Shown here: one piece after another, positions 12,043-26,010 of the stretch | Layout: each line of letters begins with the position of its first letter | Position numbering within the stretch: position 1 is the first letter of the stretch | Origin: Saccostrea cucullata | Lineage: Eukaryota | Length of the DNA stretch: 64,000 nucleotides | NCBI RefSeq assembly: GCF_032062105.1 | Contig: NW_026928375.1 | Coordinates: forward strand, 1 to 64,000 | Reading direction: 5' to 3' | Program-made: the position numbers and the translations under genes | The notes under the pieces: generated by a model | Databases searched by the model: none | What the model was told of the DNA's origin: nothing | Seen by the model: the letters and a program-made list of their open reading frames with translations, nothing else

Positions 12043-15000
12043 GTACACACACTTGTGTTAATATATTTTTTCTTTCTGCATACAAGATCATGTTCTACGA
12101 TTTTGTACGATGGCTTTCAATCAGACCGCTTATTGTTAATTAAGGGACATAAACTAAGTAACTGTTATAAGTTTTAGGAACTAATTATAAAGGACTGTGG
12201 TAAACTCCTGTATTTTGCAAACTGACAGCCATTTTATTTTGAGGGTGAGGGGCTGTCAGATTTTACAAATAAATACTTGCAGATCAGTGATCTCCCCCTT
12301 CCTCGAATCAGAGTTTTTTACAATTTTGTTTTTTGCATGGTAGACTTTTCAATGAAGAGGAAAATAAATAAATTATCTGTCCTTCATCTTATTAATCAGA
12401 AATAAACATTAAATTATGTCCTGCATTGACATGGAAATGAAAAAAAAATCTGACTTGGAAAAACTCGCCTGCCCCGCCCCCCCCCCCCCTTCTCTCAGAA
12501 TCAAATGGTGGTCCCCTATCCTATTTTTAATCAATTATAGGGATCTCTAGTCTCCTCTTTTTGGTAATATTATTGAAAAATAAATTAACACAATGCACAG
12601 ACTGGAAATAAGATTTTGATGGACATTGGTACCCTCTACACAAAATAGTATGCCAAATTTTCAAATCTTAATGGCCTTTTCAACACCTGTGCAGTAAATA
12701 TATGAAAAAGTCAAATTATTATTTATCTAGAAAATTTATTTAATAAACATTTCTTTTCAAATCCAAAGACAGACTGTAGGAATGCTGAGCAGGTGCAAAT
12801 TATTTCCATCACTTCATGTTCTTGTGGATAAAATGAATTCTGAAAATATGAGAAAATCAGGAAATACCAAAATTGCATTGAAACATTTAACATAGAATGC
12901 ATATACATGTTTTCAATTTTTCTGTTAGTTTTATTATCAAAACTTCGTATGGTTTATAGCTAATATTGAGCATACCATTTCCTTAAATGATGGATTAACT
13001 TGCTGCCTGAATGAATCCATTTGCCCAACGTTTGGAAATAGCTAGGCCTACAACACAATATATATGCAGTTATATGCTATGAGATTACTAAATATACATT
13101 GTAGAATAAAATGGAATTACACTTGACAAAACAAATTATGCTACATTGTATACTGTAGTGAATTTCTGTTATTCATACACATGTAAATGGAAAAAAAAGT
13201 GTTACAAAATTTCTCTGGGAAAGTGAAACCACTGACATTTACAATAGTTATTGAGAGAATATTTTCTAAAAAAAAAAAATCTGAGTTTCTCCTTTACCAA
13301 AATAAAAAAAAAATGTAAAGCACTTGCAAACTTTAATAATGTGAAATGCATTAGAAGTATACATACCCTGTGGAGAAATGATGCATTTTTTATTTATTCA
13401 TTCTTTAAGCCTGAAACTCTTGACAGCTACAATGATAAAAGTATTATATAAATATTTTAACGTACATGTTATCTAAACAAAAAATGAATATTTTTTCTTT
13501 AATTTAGAAATTCTACAAAATTACAACCATAGATCTGATGTGGGGCTTCTATATTTTCAACACAATGATACTGATATATTTTTTAAATTGTGTAGCATAT
13601 TTGTATGCCAAAAGACATCATTGCTTGTTTAGGCCTAGTCACTTGTGAATCATTGACTGAAACAATGAAAACATATCTCATTTAATTTAGTTTAAATATG
13701 TGTTACTGATCACCTCCATTATTACACATATTGACTCATAGAAAATGAGCTAGTTGACTGGAACTCAGTACATATACAATGCAATTATTTTTTATAAATC
13801 TAAAAAGTGTGCAACTTAATATGGGGGGGGGGGTACATACAAGACACTGCATTACTGTTTTTCACTGACTGTCATAATACATTTAAATGAACATGAACAC
13901 CCTTGGGTTTTTTTATGTTAACAAAAGCATGTCTACATATTGTTGATCTACACATGTACATTTGCGTATACATACCTGGCCTGGTGCAGTGATGGATCTA
14001 CGGAGCTGGTGCAAATTGTCTCGGTTTTCTGCTATTTTCCGAAATAATGTCCTCATATTCTCGCAAAAGGGAGAAGCAATGCCTTGTCTCTTATTTTATC
14101 CCTATTTTCTTTAAAGATTGACTGCAAATCTCAGCTGATGTCGCCACGTTTTTAGATGTAAACAACATTCCGTGTCACCGAGTGCAAGCGTTTGGCTGAA
14201 GCCGAATGCAGACAAACGACACATTAAAAAGAGAATTAATTCAAAGACATGCTATTTTATATACGACAAAATCACTAATTATTTTCTATTTAAACATGAA
14301 GATATTGCTGTTTATTACAAATTCTTGCAAATATCGGTAAATAGTTATTTTGAGCACCATTTCCTTATATGGATCAATCAGGGCGGAGCAACTGTCATGA
14401 CGTCAGACCTCATTATGACTTCATTACCATATTTTTTTTTTATGTGTTGCCTTAACTGTACTGCGAATATTAAAGCTGGTCACTTTCAACTACGGGTTGC
14501 CACGTTAAAAGGGTGTAATAATATCCCTATTTGAAGGATAAAAACTCTGATGAACATTTTGCATAGGAGAACCAAGGGTGTGAGAGATGCACGAATGAAT
14601 CATAAAAGAAAAGCAGAATTCTAGTTTCTCACATATAGGGGGTAGTCCATATATGTCCCAGTGACACTTAATTTCCAAATAAAAAAATGAAATGGAATTT
14701 GGTGACATTTTCATTAAACATGTTAAAGATCATTTCAAACGTTAGATAGAAATACTGAGATATAAAAAAAAGAAAATTATTTCACCTCAATAATTTGCCG
14801 TAGATTTCGTTTTTCTTTCAGTATAGATATAAAGTACAGCAACATAGACTGACCTAAAACTCAGTGACAAATAAAGCGTAATGAAATAGACGGTAACTCG
14901 TAATGCCAAATAAAGACACCTCTTACAAATACAAGCAATAAATTGATAAAACATTGACATCATGTCAAATGTGACCAGTCCAGACACTTTAATGTACATG

Positions 15001-15474
15001 TAAGTATTACGAGTTGATGTCACAATATATCTTTCTGCCCCCCTCTGTATACGCGGGTATGTAAGGGTCAAAGCCAAATATTCTACTTGCCTATATATAT
15101 GACGTCATAGTAAGCCAAGAATATGAATTTTAGAGATAACGATTTTTGTTACAATCTATTTTTAAAGATTGATTTGAGGCCGTTGAAATGAATTGAAACA
15201 TGTAGAAGCTTAATATAGACAGAATCGTATGGTATATATATTGATGTATTTATCACGGGGTTAAACACCAAACCCGTGGCGTCACAGTTGATCAGTATTA
15301 ACAGAGTAAAAGTTAAACCAAAGACATCCGTTACTTATGTTTCTTCAAATAAAAACATACCCTTAACTAATAATAAAACAAGGTATCCATCGGGCCGCCA
15401 TCTTGAATTTTCGAAGTTGGTTACATCAACTTGTATTTCGTCTGAAACTCAGGAAAATAAATTCCCTGCAACTA

Positions 15475-15964
15475 CAGTACCTGGCCATAAGTGAGTCATA
15501 ATTGCATTTTTACGCTATATATTTCATTGAAATACTTATTTTTATAAAAACTTGTTGTGAAGTCAATTTTAGCTCAATTTTCATGATTTTTTCAATGAAA
15601 CATGCAGAATTATTCAAATTTTCTTATCTTAAATGATAAACAAAATTATACTTACAACATTGAGAATAAATTATAAAATATTGTCTAGACAAAATTTTCT
15701 AACCTCAAATTACTATGATTTGTTAACAAATTGAAGTCTTAAAATTTTTGTTTTGCACTTGACCTGTGAATTCAAGTTAATGCATAAAGATAAAACTATT
15801 TTGAAATAATGTGAAGAAACTACATCAAATTCTGCATTTTATGGTGTTTTAGACATTAAAAAGAAACAACAAATGACACTGCAATAATATTTTAGAAAAA
15901 TGCGTTTTTCAATGAAATATAGAGTGGAAAAATAAAATTATGACTCACTTATGGCCAAGTACTG
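15475..15964. mobile_element. Tc1/mariner-type MITE
   Basis: ~29-bp TIRs CAGTAC(C/T)TGGCCATAAGTGAGTCATAATT; TA on both sides. Confidence 0.88.
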
Positions 15965-16378
15965 TATATCATTCCTGTGGCCATATTTTCGAGGCCTAAA
16001 CGCACGGACAGTGCAACAAAAAGGACGCATCACACTTGCAAATATTAAAAATCCCTCATCAAACTCGATCGACTGCTTAAAGAGTGCGAAAAAGTGCTAA
16101 AGGGGGGCCAGAAGTTTACATTCGACTTGAAATTCTTAGGGAAAGCCCTCATTTGATTGGTCAATATAATTGTAAGATTCATTTTTAAAAATACAACCAG
16201 TTACAGTCAGTGTTGATTCCCAAAACAATCCATAGGATACATATAGTAATACGACGGAATATAATAATATTAATTAAATTTTATCCCTTCCCCTCACATA
16301 CGCGCGAACATAACTTAATTCGTTCTATTATCAAGCTATATCGAGACTATCTTGGAAAAAAAACAAAATTAAGAAGAA

Positions 16379-16728
16379 TGATTGATCGAATGTATGTTGT
16401 TCAACGTCCCTTTCGAGAATTTTTCTCTCACATGGAGACGTCACCGTATGACGGTGAAGGGCTTTAAATTTTGACCTTTACTCGACACTCAGGGCCATTT
16501 GAGCAGTGAGGGATCTTTATCGTGCAAACGCCTTGTAACGGGACCTAAATTTTTAAGGTCCTATCCGAAGGACCCGCAACTTTCACTGCAAGTGCCGAGC
16601 GCATAGCGCAGGAACAGTTGCTACCCATTTTTTTTTTTAGCGACTTAGGTCTGTCGCTATAGAGATACGAACTCATAACTTTCCGATCACGAAGCGAGCA
16701 CTCTACCGACTGAGCTACCGCGAACGGT
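16379..16728 (-). mobile_element. Full-length tRNA-derived SINE
   Basis: Minus-strand head with A box TAGCTCAGTCGG and B-box-like GAGTTCGTATC; (AATC)n-like tail; near-TSD AATTAA(G/A)AAGAA; homologous to 25943-26253. Confidence 0.85.
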
Positions 16729-17278
16729 AATTAAAAAGAAAAATAAGATATGAAGAAAAATATGTAACGTCAGATGCCTGTGAGTAAAACATGTAGAGAA
16801 TTCATGTAAACAAACACAAGAAATCAGAGTTTAAAAGCATTTAGCAAGTCTTAAAATATCATGTGTAATTCGTGCAGGAATAAAGCTTATAAATGAGGTG
16901 TCCTAATAATTATAATTCTACATTTTTTCAAATAGATAAAGACAGTGTGTTTACTTCCCGATCAGCCTCTCCTCTGTCGTACGTGACAAAAAAGGTTGCA
17001 AAAGTTCAACAATAAGCTGCGTAATTTAAAATTAAATTTTGTTTCTTATTCTACTGTTTTTGGAATTTATGCATTAGATCAATCTTATGTACAAAATGTA
17101 AACATTTTAGTAAAGTTTCATCCAAAAGTGTTGAATATTTTTTTCTGTGATAGGAGATGGTAAGATTCTAGCAGCAATCTTTATGGTACAGAGATTTTTT
17201 TACATATCTACATTTGTATTATTACAAATGTAAATTTATTTCCCCCGGGATAAAGTTAAACTTGTCACTTTTTATTAA

Positions 17279-17878
17279 AGCGGCACAGTGACGCACAAAG
17301 GGGAAAATTGACAAACGTGGAATTTTCGCATGACCTCTGTAAATTTTGTTCAATTACTAAAAGTATTCAGTTTCAGAAAATTACAGATTTCAGAATCAAA
17401 AAATTATATTTTAATGGGGAAAAATAAAAGTAAAAATAATTTCTGTCTGCCCCAGAACAAAAATATTGCAAAATACCCTTGTACTTCTTCCTCCCTATTG
17501 TACGCGTGCGCAGAAAAGTGTTGAATAAGTTTCCATAGTAACCATGGTCTCAGGTATCCACGAATGAATGTAAGAAGACCAAAAGATTTGAGTTAATCTT
17601 TTAAAAAAGTTGTTACAACATATTTCTCACCTTTGCATACTCCAGTTGAATGTTGTTTACAAGTTTGAGCTAAAAACAAGAGTTGCGTGACCTTGACATA
17701 TACGAAACAACGAAACGGTAGATACAACCTTTGTTTTTCCGGCACTTATATTGTGCAGTCAATTCTTGCAGTTTAATTGTCATATCTTCGCTATATACTC
17801 ATAATTTTCATAGGTCTTTCTCTGTATGCTACAGATATATCTTAAAATTAAGATATGATTTTGACTCACTGTGCCGCT
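17279..17878. mobile_element. Kolobok-type non-autonomous DNA transposon
   Basis: TTAA on both sides; TIRs AGCGGCACAGTGA / TCACTGTGCCGCT. Confidence 0.8.
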
Positions 17879-19559
17879 TTAAAGCATGCGTTCTATTTAT
17901 AGACGTCACATGATGACTTAGTGGTGTAGTGATTCCTGTAGTATAAGTCCTATCGAAGTCTGTAGAATGCATAATGATAGCAAAAGTTTTATCTATTACT
18001 TTTCCGATTAATCAGTGTTACATGTTACAAAAAAGTGTAAGCCGAATTCTGATCTATGAGCTGCCTTAAATACCCGCATATTTTGCTTTAAAGTGATATT
18101 CTATTATTTTTAATGCTACTATCTTATTTTTCCAATCTTTTATTACAGAGTACATTCTAAGAAGAATCACCCGTGATATCTCAGTGCCATCGTTCCCAAC
18201 TCCTGGTCAAAATGTTACAATTGTTAATTGTTGTAAGTATTTATATATATTTCACTTAACTCCACTTTTTATTAATTTGTTTCACATAATTAAGATAAAA
18301 GAAACTTAAATGCATATTTTAGCTTGATAACATTTAAACTATTACGTGTATTTAAGATTAGATTGTGCTGCAACATTTACTTGGCATTTCTCTTCCTTTT
18401 ACGAGAGTAATTTTTTTCAAAGTCTTACTTTCGATTATGACTATAATTACGGTATAATTATAATTTATTATCCAAAACTCTTCTAAAGAAATTGTATTTT
18501 TGTTTTCAAGAAAAGTCTTCAATATTGTACAAAAATTCTCAAAAAAAAATTTCAGAGGTAATCTTCAATTTCTTTTGAAGGAAAATTAGTATATAAACTT
18601 GCAATATAAGTATATGAATTGTAATGGGGGTAATTATGCGTTAATGAACGTGTAAGAATCGTTAAAATTTTTTTACAATATTTGGGACGCAAAAATCGAA
18701 ATAAATTTACGCCATGAAATTCTGTCATGTCAATTTATATTACAAAGAATATTCTGAATACCTGCTTTTTAGCTTACTAAAACGTTGCTAAATTCCTAAA
18801 TGGCATAGCTCTGCTGTTGAATGGTGTACGTACATGTATGTTCTATGAAAATGAGTTCACCAAATTGTCCATTCATTTTTTTCTCTACACTTTTCTGTCC
18901 ATTATTCGGATGCAAGAGTCAGTCTCTTTACAATGATGGCTCTTTCCTATAACTTTTAACTATTTCAACATACCGTATATACTCGCCTATAAGTCTGTCC
19001 GCCTATCAGTCGGTTGAATTTAATAAGCTTATATATTAAAGAGACTGACCTCAGTTAATACCATTCTCTGTATAACTCGCCTATAAGTCGGACAATGAGA
19101 TTTGGGCCAGAGATTAACTCCCAAAAAATACGACTTATAACTTGACTAGGCTACTCTTTTACTGCATTTAAGAATAGAATTATTTGAATTATGGCATAAA
19201 TCAAACAAGTTTTGTTAGATTATGTGATTCCTTGTCCGACTTTTTACGTTTATGATGGCTACAACCTGCCCCGTTTGCACAATCAAATGCAAATATATCT
19301 TGTTAAACATGATACTTGTTTTGGTTTGTTTTGGTCAGGCTGTATTTGCAAGGAGTTAGATACAAATTAACTAAACTATTCCGAAAGCTCTGCTTCCAAA
19401 TATCAATTACAAACAAGTATACCAGTGCCTAAATTGAATATCTAAAACAAAAACGTTTTCGGTGATCTTGCTTTCAACTACAGTCCAGGTGGATACCAGT
19501 ATATCATTACTGGTGAGTCAAGATAGTTGAAAATGAAAATCTTAAAGCAGTTATGTTGA

Positions 19560-19682
19560 AAGGTCCTAAATACATGGAACCTCTCCTTTTTATTTGATAC
19601 ATGTATATTTGAACCTCTTTACCGGCATATTCCATATGAGTGAAAAATTTTGAGAGGGATGTTAAAAAATATACAATCAATA
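19560..19682 (+). mobile_element. 3' fragment of the same SINE family
   Basis: TCCATATGAGTGAAAAATT..GAGAGGGATGTTAAA..ATACAATCAAT is the reverse complement of the tail of 25943-26253. Confidence 0.6.
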
Positions 19683-19802
19683 TTTACATCCGGGTAAAAA
19701 AATGAAATTAGCAAACATTGTGTGGTATAATTTAAAAACAAATCCTTTTTCTCAACACTGCCTGAGAATATCTTAGATATACTAGTTAAAAAAATCATTT
19801 AA

Positions 19803-20282
19803 AGCTTAATACCGGGATACATTTTGGTCATAATGCGATTCGTTAAAGGATTCTGTCCGCCATTTTTGTTCCCGAATCTCGCTACTCTGCAGACCCCTAT
19901 AAATAGGGCAGAACTTAGTCACTGTTCAGTGTAATCAGTCGACACCGGTGTAGAAGGACGTATTCTATACAGAATTCGGTAGCGAGAATAATAACGCAAT
20001 ACTTCGTCTAATGCAGGAAAATTAAATACCAAAATAGATTTACATTTATAGTTGTATAAGTCAGTGCAGTATACAAGCAACACAGATAAACGTAATTGCA
20101 ATAAAATATGAACAAAGGTATTGGAAGATAATCAGCACAAACACGGGTTGCCATTCCACGCCGATACCACTGAAAATAAAGCAGTCAGGTGTAACGAATG
20201 CGACGAGTATACCCTAGTATTGAGATATCGTAGATAATGCTATCGAAAATGGCGTATGCCTTTTTACGAGTAGTGTTCAGCT
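19803..20282. mobile_element. Kolobok-type MITE
   Basis: TTAA flanks; imperfect TIRs AGCTTAATAC / GTGTTCAGCT. Confidence 0.5.
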
Positions 20283-22249
20283 TTAAGACTGAAGTACAAA
20301 AACAACTTTTTAAGAACTGACAAAGCAATAATTATAAGAAAAACAAATGATATTGTAAATTTAATGCAATTTAAATTCAATTTTTGGGATAAGATGGAAC
20401 TCGATGGAAAGAAAGAAGCACATCTGAATAACAAGTTTTAGAATCTTTTAAAAAGCTTAATATTAACAAAAACAGACCTATTGTTCATCGAATGCAACAT
20501 TTTTGTATATGATTTGTTGCGTTTTGAAAATTGTGCAAAAAGGCGACAATGTTTGCAATATTGAAGTGTACGTAATTTCAGCGATTTATAATAAGAAAAT
20601 ATTACGAATATTGACGCTTTAAAAAGTATTGGACCCTCCTCTAAGCATCCTTTAATATGTAAGGATGAGGGTCATTCTATATGTAATGAGCCTTATCACG
20701 TTACATTATCTATAAACTTATCAGACTTTTTTTTTATTTTTCATCAAATCCTGATGAAGTGGTCTTCTTACTGATTATTTTATAAAATGTGTTTTATTCG
20801 TTTTTGACCTACAACTTAAATATTCTACATATATATATTACCCTAATATAGGGGAAAGGCGATTTTTAATAGAATGGACCCTCCTCAAAACATCCTTTTG
20901 GATGCACAGGACGAAGGTCATTCTCTGTAATGATCCTGAGACTGAAGGGGGTATCATGTACCCAGCCCAATTGATTTTATTTGAGTGTAATAATAACCCT
21001 ACTATATAATATTTTTTTGGTTGTCACAAACGAGCTTTCAAGAATTATTTCTGCAGGTAGAGCTGTGCTTCATACACGACTTACTGAAGATATGTTTACG
21101 TCACACGGGTCATTCTTTTTTAGCTATTTAGATTTGGGATACACCTCACTGCACTCGGAAATAATGCTACTTGACACCCTCGTAGAGCCGAAAGGCAATA
21201 TGTATCAGAATGTACGTGTTCTATAACAAAAATTACGTACGTTTGCTGTAATACTGTATTTCTAAACTATCCATGGATAAAATGTGTATAAATAAATCAA
21301 AAAAAAAATAAATAAATAAATAAACTAACGCTCACTTCAGACACTAACCACATGTAAACCAATGACAATCAATATGAAGGATGAAAGGCGCATATTTTTT
21401 TCAGGTTTTAATACACCGAATTGAGAAGAATCCATCTATTGGACATCCTAGGCATCATACTCCTCCAAGTAGTGGTACATATGGTACTTAGTTTTCATGT
21501 GTTTCCTTGAATTCTACATATGGACTCCAAAGTGCAATTTACTCCAGAGTCCGATGGTCAACCCAAAGTCCGATGCTCAAGCCAAAGTCTGATAGTCTTC
21601 GATAATTCCAGATGGTTTGACACGGCAAAGTTAAATTTGTTTTTTTTTAGAACTTGATAGTTAAATGCATTAAGACATTGGTTGCAGTAGCATAATCATT
21701 TTCATTAACATAATTGATGGTATCCTGTTGATGTGCAAAAAGGCTTTCACAATTTTCAGAAGGTTTTATACAAAGAACCTTTGTTGTTTACAACTCTTCT
21801 TGCATTCTATGCAGTAGCGATAGCCTAATCATCTTTGGGAAAACGTCACCATTGTGTAAAACATGTATAAAAGTCCTCCATGTTTAAGGTTACGCTTTTA
21901 ATGGCAAAGAGTTCTAAAGTAATAATTTGACATTGAATAAAGAAAGGAGTCGAGATCAACATATTGTTTCATTAAATCCTGTGTAAATGTCTTTTCTATT
22001 AAACAAGTTCAAAATTCTAATGTAAAAATGTTTTCATGTGATTGCATTGAGCATATTTAGTAAAGAGATTGATCTGACCTTAAGTAATGGTCAAAGTTAA
22101 AAAAAATAGTGGCCTTAACCCCACAGCCATACAAACTCACTACAAGTATTTTCAAAATCTGAAGTCTTAGTATCAAAGGCTAGGGTTGTAAAGAAAGGAC
22201 ATGGGTTATTTGTTTGGCGAATAAAACCGACAAAACAATTTGTATAGTA

Positions 22250-22428
22250 CTGTACGCAGGAAAATTTTCGCCACCGTTTTATTTCCGTCCTTTCGCTCTT
22301 GTCGAATTTAAAATAAGGCAAAATCAAAGCACACAACGTAAGTTCTAAAACAGGACTGGGACTTGGCAAATTTTATGCGGAAAAATGTGAAGCGAAGTGT
22401 GAAAGGGCGAAAATAACCCTCTTTACAG
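22250..22428. mobile_element. Short TA-flanked MITE
   Basis: TA|CTGTA..TTTTCGCC and GGCGAAAATAACC..TACAG|TA. Confidence 0.55.
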
Positions 22429-23454
22429 TATTTTAGTCTACTTGTAGCATCCAAACGGTAGGAAGAGTAGAGTTCTCAAACGCCAAACATGTTAAAATTA
22501 CTTTAAACTATATTATTTTCAAAATGTGAAAAAGAAATAAAATTAAATATAATAGAATTGTGTACTTTTATTAAAAGTTTTATTTCATGTGCAGGGAGGT
22601 CGATTTTCAAGTTTTCAAATACCTTATATATACTGTACTGAAATTATGTAATTTTTTAATACTAATGCGTAGCTCGAATGAGAACATACATGCAGACATA
22701 AATTTATGAATAATGTTTTAAAATAGAGCATATGTAAAATTTATTTCAATTATTTTTCCCTCAACAATCGTGCTAGGTAAATCTATTCAAAGTATCAGGT
22801 AAAACCCATTTAACATTCTAATATGATTAGTAGGATAAATATTGGGAACAGAGGCTTTAACTCTAAATGAATTTGTTGTGAAATGAACTTCCTTGTTCGA
22901 TATTGAACACTTCATGTTTGACAGATGTTTTAAATATCAATTTCTTCTTTGTGTTTTTCACCGCAAGAGCGTGTCACAGATGTACAGTACAATTATTTGT
23001 ATATTCTTATTAAATTATTTTATTCCATATTAGAACTAAAACTCAATGTGCCGTTAGCCATTCAACCATACATTTAACTGTACTTTTTTTTTTAGAAATG
23101 TTAAGCTCTGTATGTTGGCAGTTTTAAAAACCAATAATCGGAGGAACGTATAAAATATATTTGATTAGTATAGTATGATTAGTGTGCATATACCGGTTTG
23201 ACTTTTATTAATGAACTAAATGTATTCAAAGAACTAAAATTCATCATCCAAATGCCCACTTAGACTGTTGCCGTTTGACACCAGGAACATTTCATGAGAT
23301 AATAGATATGTAAGGGCTCTAATCACATAAAACTGTCGTGAAAAGTAATATAATATAAACAAAATAGATGCAGTGTACACATCAAAAACTTATGTTACAA
23401 GTTTTTTTATTATAAATTAAAATAGCTTTACGGGTAAGTTGAGAGACATTACCT

Positions 23455-23623
23455 TTTCGAATTGGTGATATTGCTTCTTGGAAATGACTTGGTGATATCA
23501 CTTTTTGAAAAGGAGAAATCACTTATTTGTGCTAAATAGTTGATATCACCTGTTCGAATAAGTCATCCCTTTTGAATAAGTGATTTCTCCTACCCAATTT
23601 CAATTTGAGATATCACTTATTTG
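23455..23623. repeat. Degenerate ~21-bp minisatellite-like repeat (TGATATCAC-based)
   Basis: Repeated GATATCAC/GAAATCAC..TTCGAAT motifs. Confidence 0.45.
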
Positions 23624-23959
23624 CAGGTACGATAAGGCTTCCCAGAGAATATTGCAGTGTAATCTGTGCATGCTCTTCTCTGAACTACAAATGCATGACG
23701 TCATAATTGAAAATGATATCAATTCACTGCAAACTTGAGCTGTACTGATGGGTAGAGTGTCATAAACTTTACACCATGTTTCAATCTGCACATATAGTTT
23801 CAAAAAGATAGTGTTAAATAAACGTGTCTTATTTTTTTTAAACTGATATATCCAAATATACTGATAGAAATTAATAAGGGAACACATATATTTCATGGTA
23901 AAAATTTGCTTTCTTGTAAGTCGATTTGGATCAAGTATGTTTCACTAAATATGTGTTTC

Positions 23960-24990
23960 ACAAGTAAAATTTTAGGATCTGGTGTGTCTTCCCTGCTTTT
24001 TGATGACTTTCTCACACCGTCGTGAAACACTCTGTATCAACTTTTGTATCTCAGCTCGAGGAATTGCGCGCCACTCTTCCTGAAGAGCCTTGAACATGGC
24101 ATTAACTGCCTTGGGTGAGGCATCACGATCCCTCACCAGACGTCCAAGAATATACCAGAGGTGTTCGATGGGGTTAAGGACTAGACTTTTGGATGGCCAT
24201 CGCAACAGCCTGATGTTGTTCTGCGTCAAAAAATCCCTGCTGACATGAGACATTTGGGGTCGAGCATTGTCATAATGAAACTAAAAATGTATGCCGACTT
24301 TACGGCGAAAAGGAAGAACAACAGGCCGCAATACTTTATCCCGGAAACGGAAAGCAGTCACCCATACATCAAGTCAAACAAGATCATTTCTGTGGTCGTA
24401 GATTTTGCCGCCCCGAACCATCATCGATCCACCATAATTGGAATCATGTTGTTTGATGGTACACTGATGATAACGTTCAGAGAGGCATCTCAAAAAGCTA
24501 AGTCCAAATTGAACCAAAATTCATCGCTGAACATGGTGTAGCGCCAAAGTCGGAATTGCCTTGCTTGATGTTGTGTAGCCCATTCTCTTCTGAAAAGCCT
24601 GTGTTCAGCAGTCATTCTCACTCCTACAACAGGACGACGTGACTTTAAGCCAGCTGCTTTAAGTTTGTTTCTGTCTGTACGGTCTACAATTCTTATTCAT
24701 CTTGCCACCCTGAACTAAGAATTTAATCTTGCTGCTGTTTTGAATCTGTTGCGTAGGGAAAGCAGCACCGGTTCATGGTCGTAATATTACACGCTGTTGT
24801 TTTACGTTTAGAACCAAACCCTGGTCTAATCTTTACGCTCCCTGTTTGGCGGTACAGGTTCTAAAGACATGAAGTAACATTTTCTTGACTTGTTAAATTT
24901 TCTAGAAGTCTGGCATATTGATTGACCTCCGTTAATGCATCCGATAGCCTTTCATTTTGATTTTCAGAAAGGTATGTTATTAGCATGATT
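23960..24990 (-). mobile_element. Degenerate Tc1-family transposase relic
   Basis: HDNARP..WPSKSLVLNPIEHLW matches Tc1 WPSxSPDLNPIEHLW with the D lost; upstream frames are broken. Confidence 0.85.
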
Positions 24991-25084
24991 CTAATAGTTC
25001 GGGTATAATATACATAATATACATGTAAATGCAAACAAGTACTATTAATAAGATGTATCATTTTATCAGTGAATCATATAATAA

Positions 25085-25229
25085 CACAATTATTGCTGTT
25101 TTTTCGGTCAATACAATGATTTAGCCATCTTCGAAGGATATATTCACCTCGCCCTTCGGTCTCGCTGAATATTGTACTCCTCAGATGGCTAAATCATTGT
25201 ATTGACCTCAAAAATCAGCAATAATTGTA
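25085..25229. repeat. Near-perfect palindromic MITE-like element
   Basis: ACAATTATTGCTG..GGTCAATACAATGATTTAGCCATCT / AGATGGCTAAATCATTGTATTGACC..CAGCAATAATTGT. Confidence 0.8.
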
Positions 25230-25942
25230 TACATTGTAATATTAAATAATCAGGAGACACAATTTGAAAAAAAAGCATTTGTTATGCTTTACTATTAGGA
25301 AACTCAACTGAAAATTATACAACAAATATGCCCATGTCTACATGTACATGGTGTAACTTTTATCTTTACTGGGGAAAAAAAGAGATTAAATAGGTAAATC
25401 AAAGTATTTCAAATAGCGAAGTCCACATATACCATTATTCTACTAAAAAGCTTCATCAATTCTAAAACAAGAACACATTGATGTAACCATCAATTGTCGC
25501 CCGGGAAATATATAAAGTAAACAATGAAAATGAGTCTTGATCATTAAACCGCTTGATATGTGTGAAAAGGCATGCGTGAAATTGATGGAAACGATAGTCG
25601 CGAATATTTTGAAAACTTGTAGTCGGATAAAAATCAATCAAAAACGATTCCATTTTAAACTTGATCTATTCCTCAAGTAAATGTTGGCTGCATTAAATAT
25701 AAATTGAAGTTAGACACATGCATCACCTATATATAAAATGTATAAATTTTCAATTTTAGAATATATAAAACATGAATTGTGCAGAGTTCGTTTTTATCCG
25801 AGAAGTAAAATTCGATGTTCTAAAAAAAGGGACCTGTCATTTTGTCGATAGTAAATGATATTAAGTATGAAAAACATATATATTTTTACAGATTCGCTTT
25901 ATGGAAGTAAATATATTATGTATCTCGTAATTTATAAACGGA

Positions 25943-25979
25943 TTGATTGATTGATTGTATATTGTTTAACGACCCTCTT

Positions 25980-26010
<31 letters not shown>

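Larger units (their letters stand above)
18149..21500 (+). pseudogene. Putative multi-exon AID/APOBEC-like (SNAD-like) zinc deaminase gene, probably decayed; exons 18149-18232, 19489-19512, 21057-21211, 21405-21491
   Basis: Four phase-compatible AG/GT-bounded exons splice to YILRRITRDISVPSFPTPGQNVTIVNCCGYQYIITGRAVLHTRLTEDMFTSHGSFFFSYLDLGYTSLHSEIMLLDTLVEPKGNMYQNVLIHRIEKNPSIGHPRHHTPPSSGTYGT*FSC; HxE motif present, PCxxC region disrupted. Confidence 0.42.

Noticed and set aside
13500-13660. YQYHCVEN on the minus strand as a paralogous Cys-rich exon
   Set aside because: In-frame stop just upstream and the other conserved cysteines are absent
13975-14146. Exon-like minus-strand segment ending at a gtatg donor
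   Set aside because: Contains in-frame stops; probably a transposon-derived relic that I cannot assign
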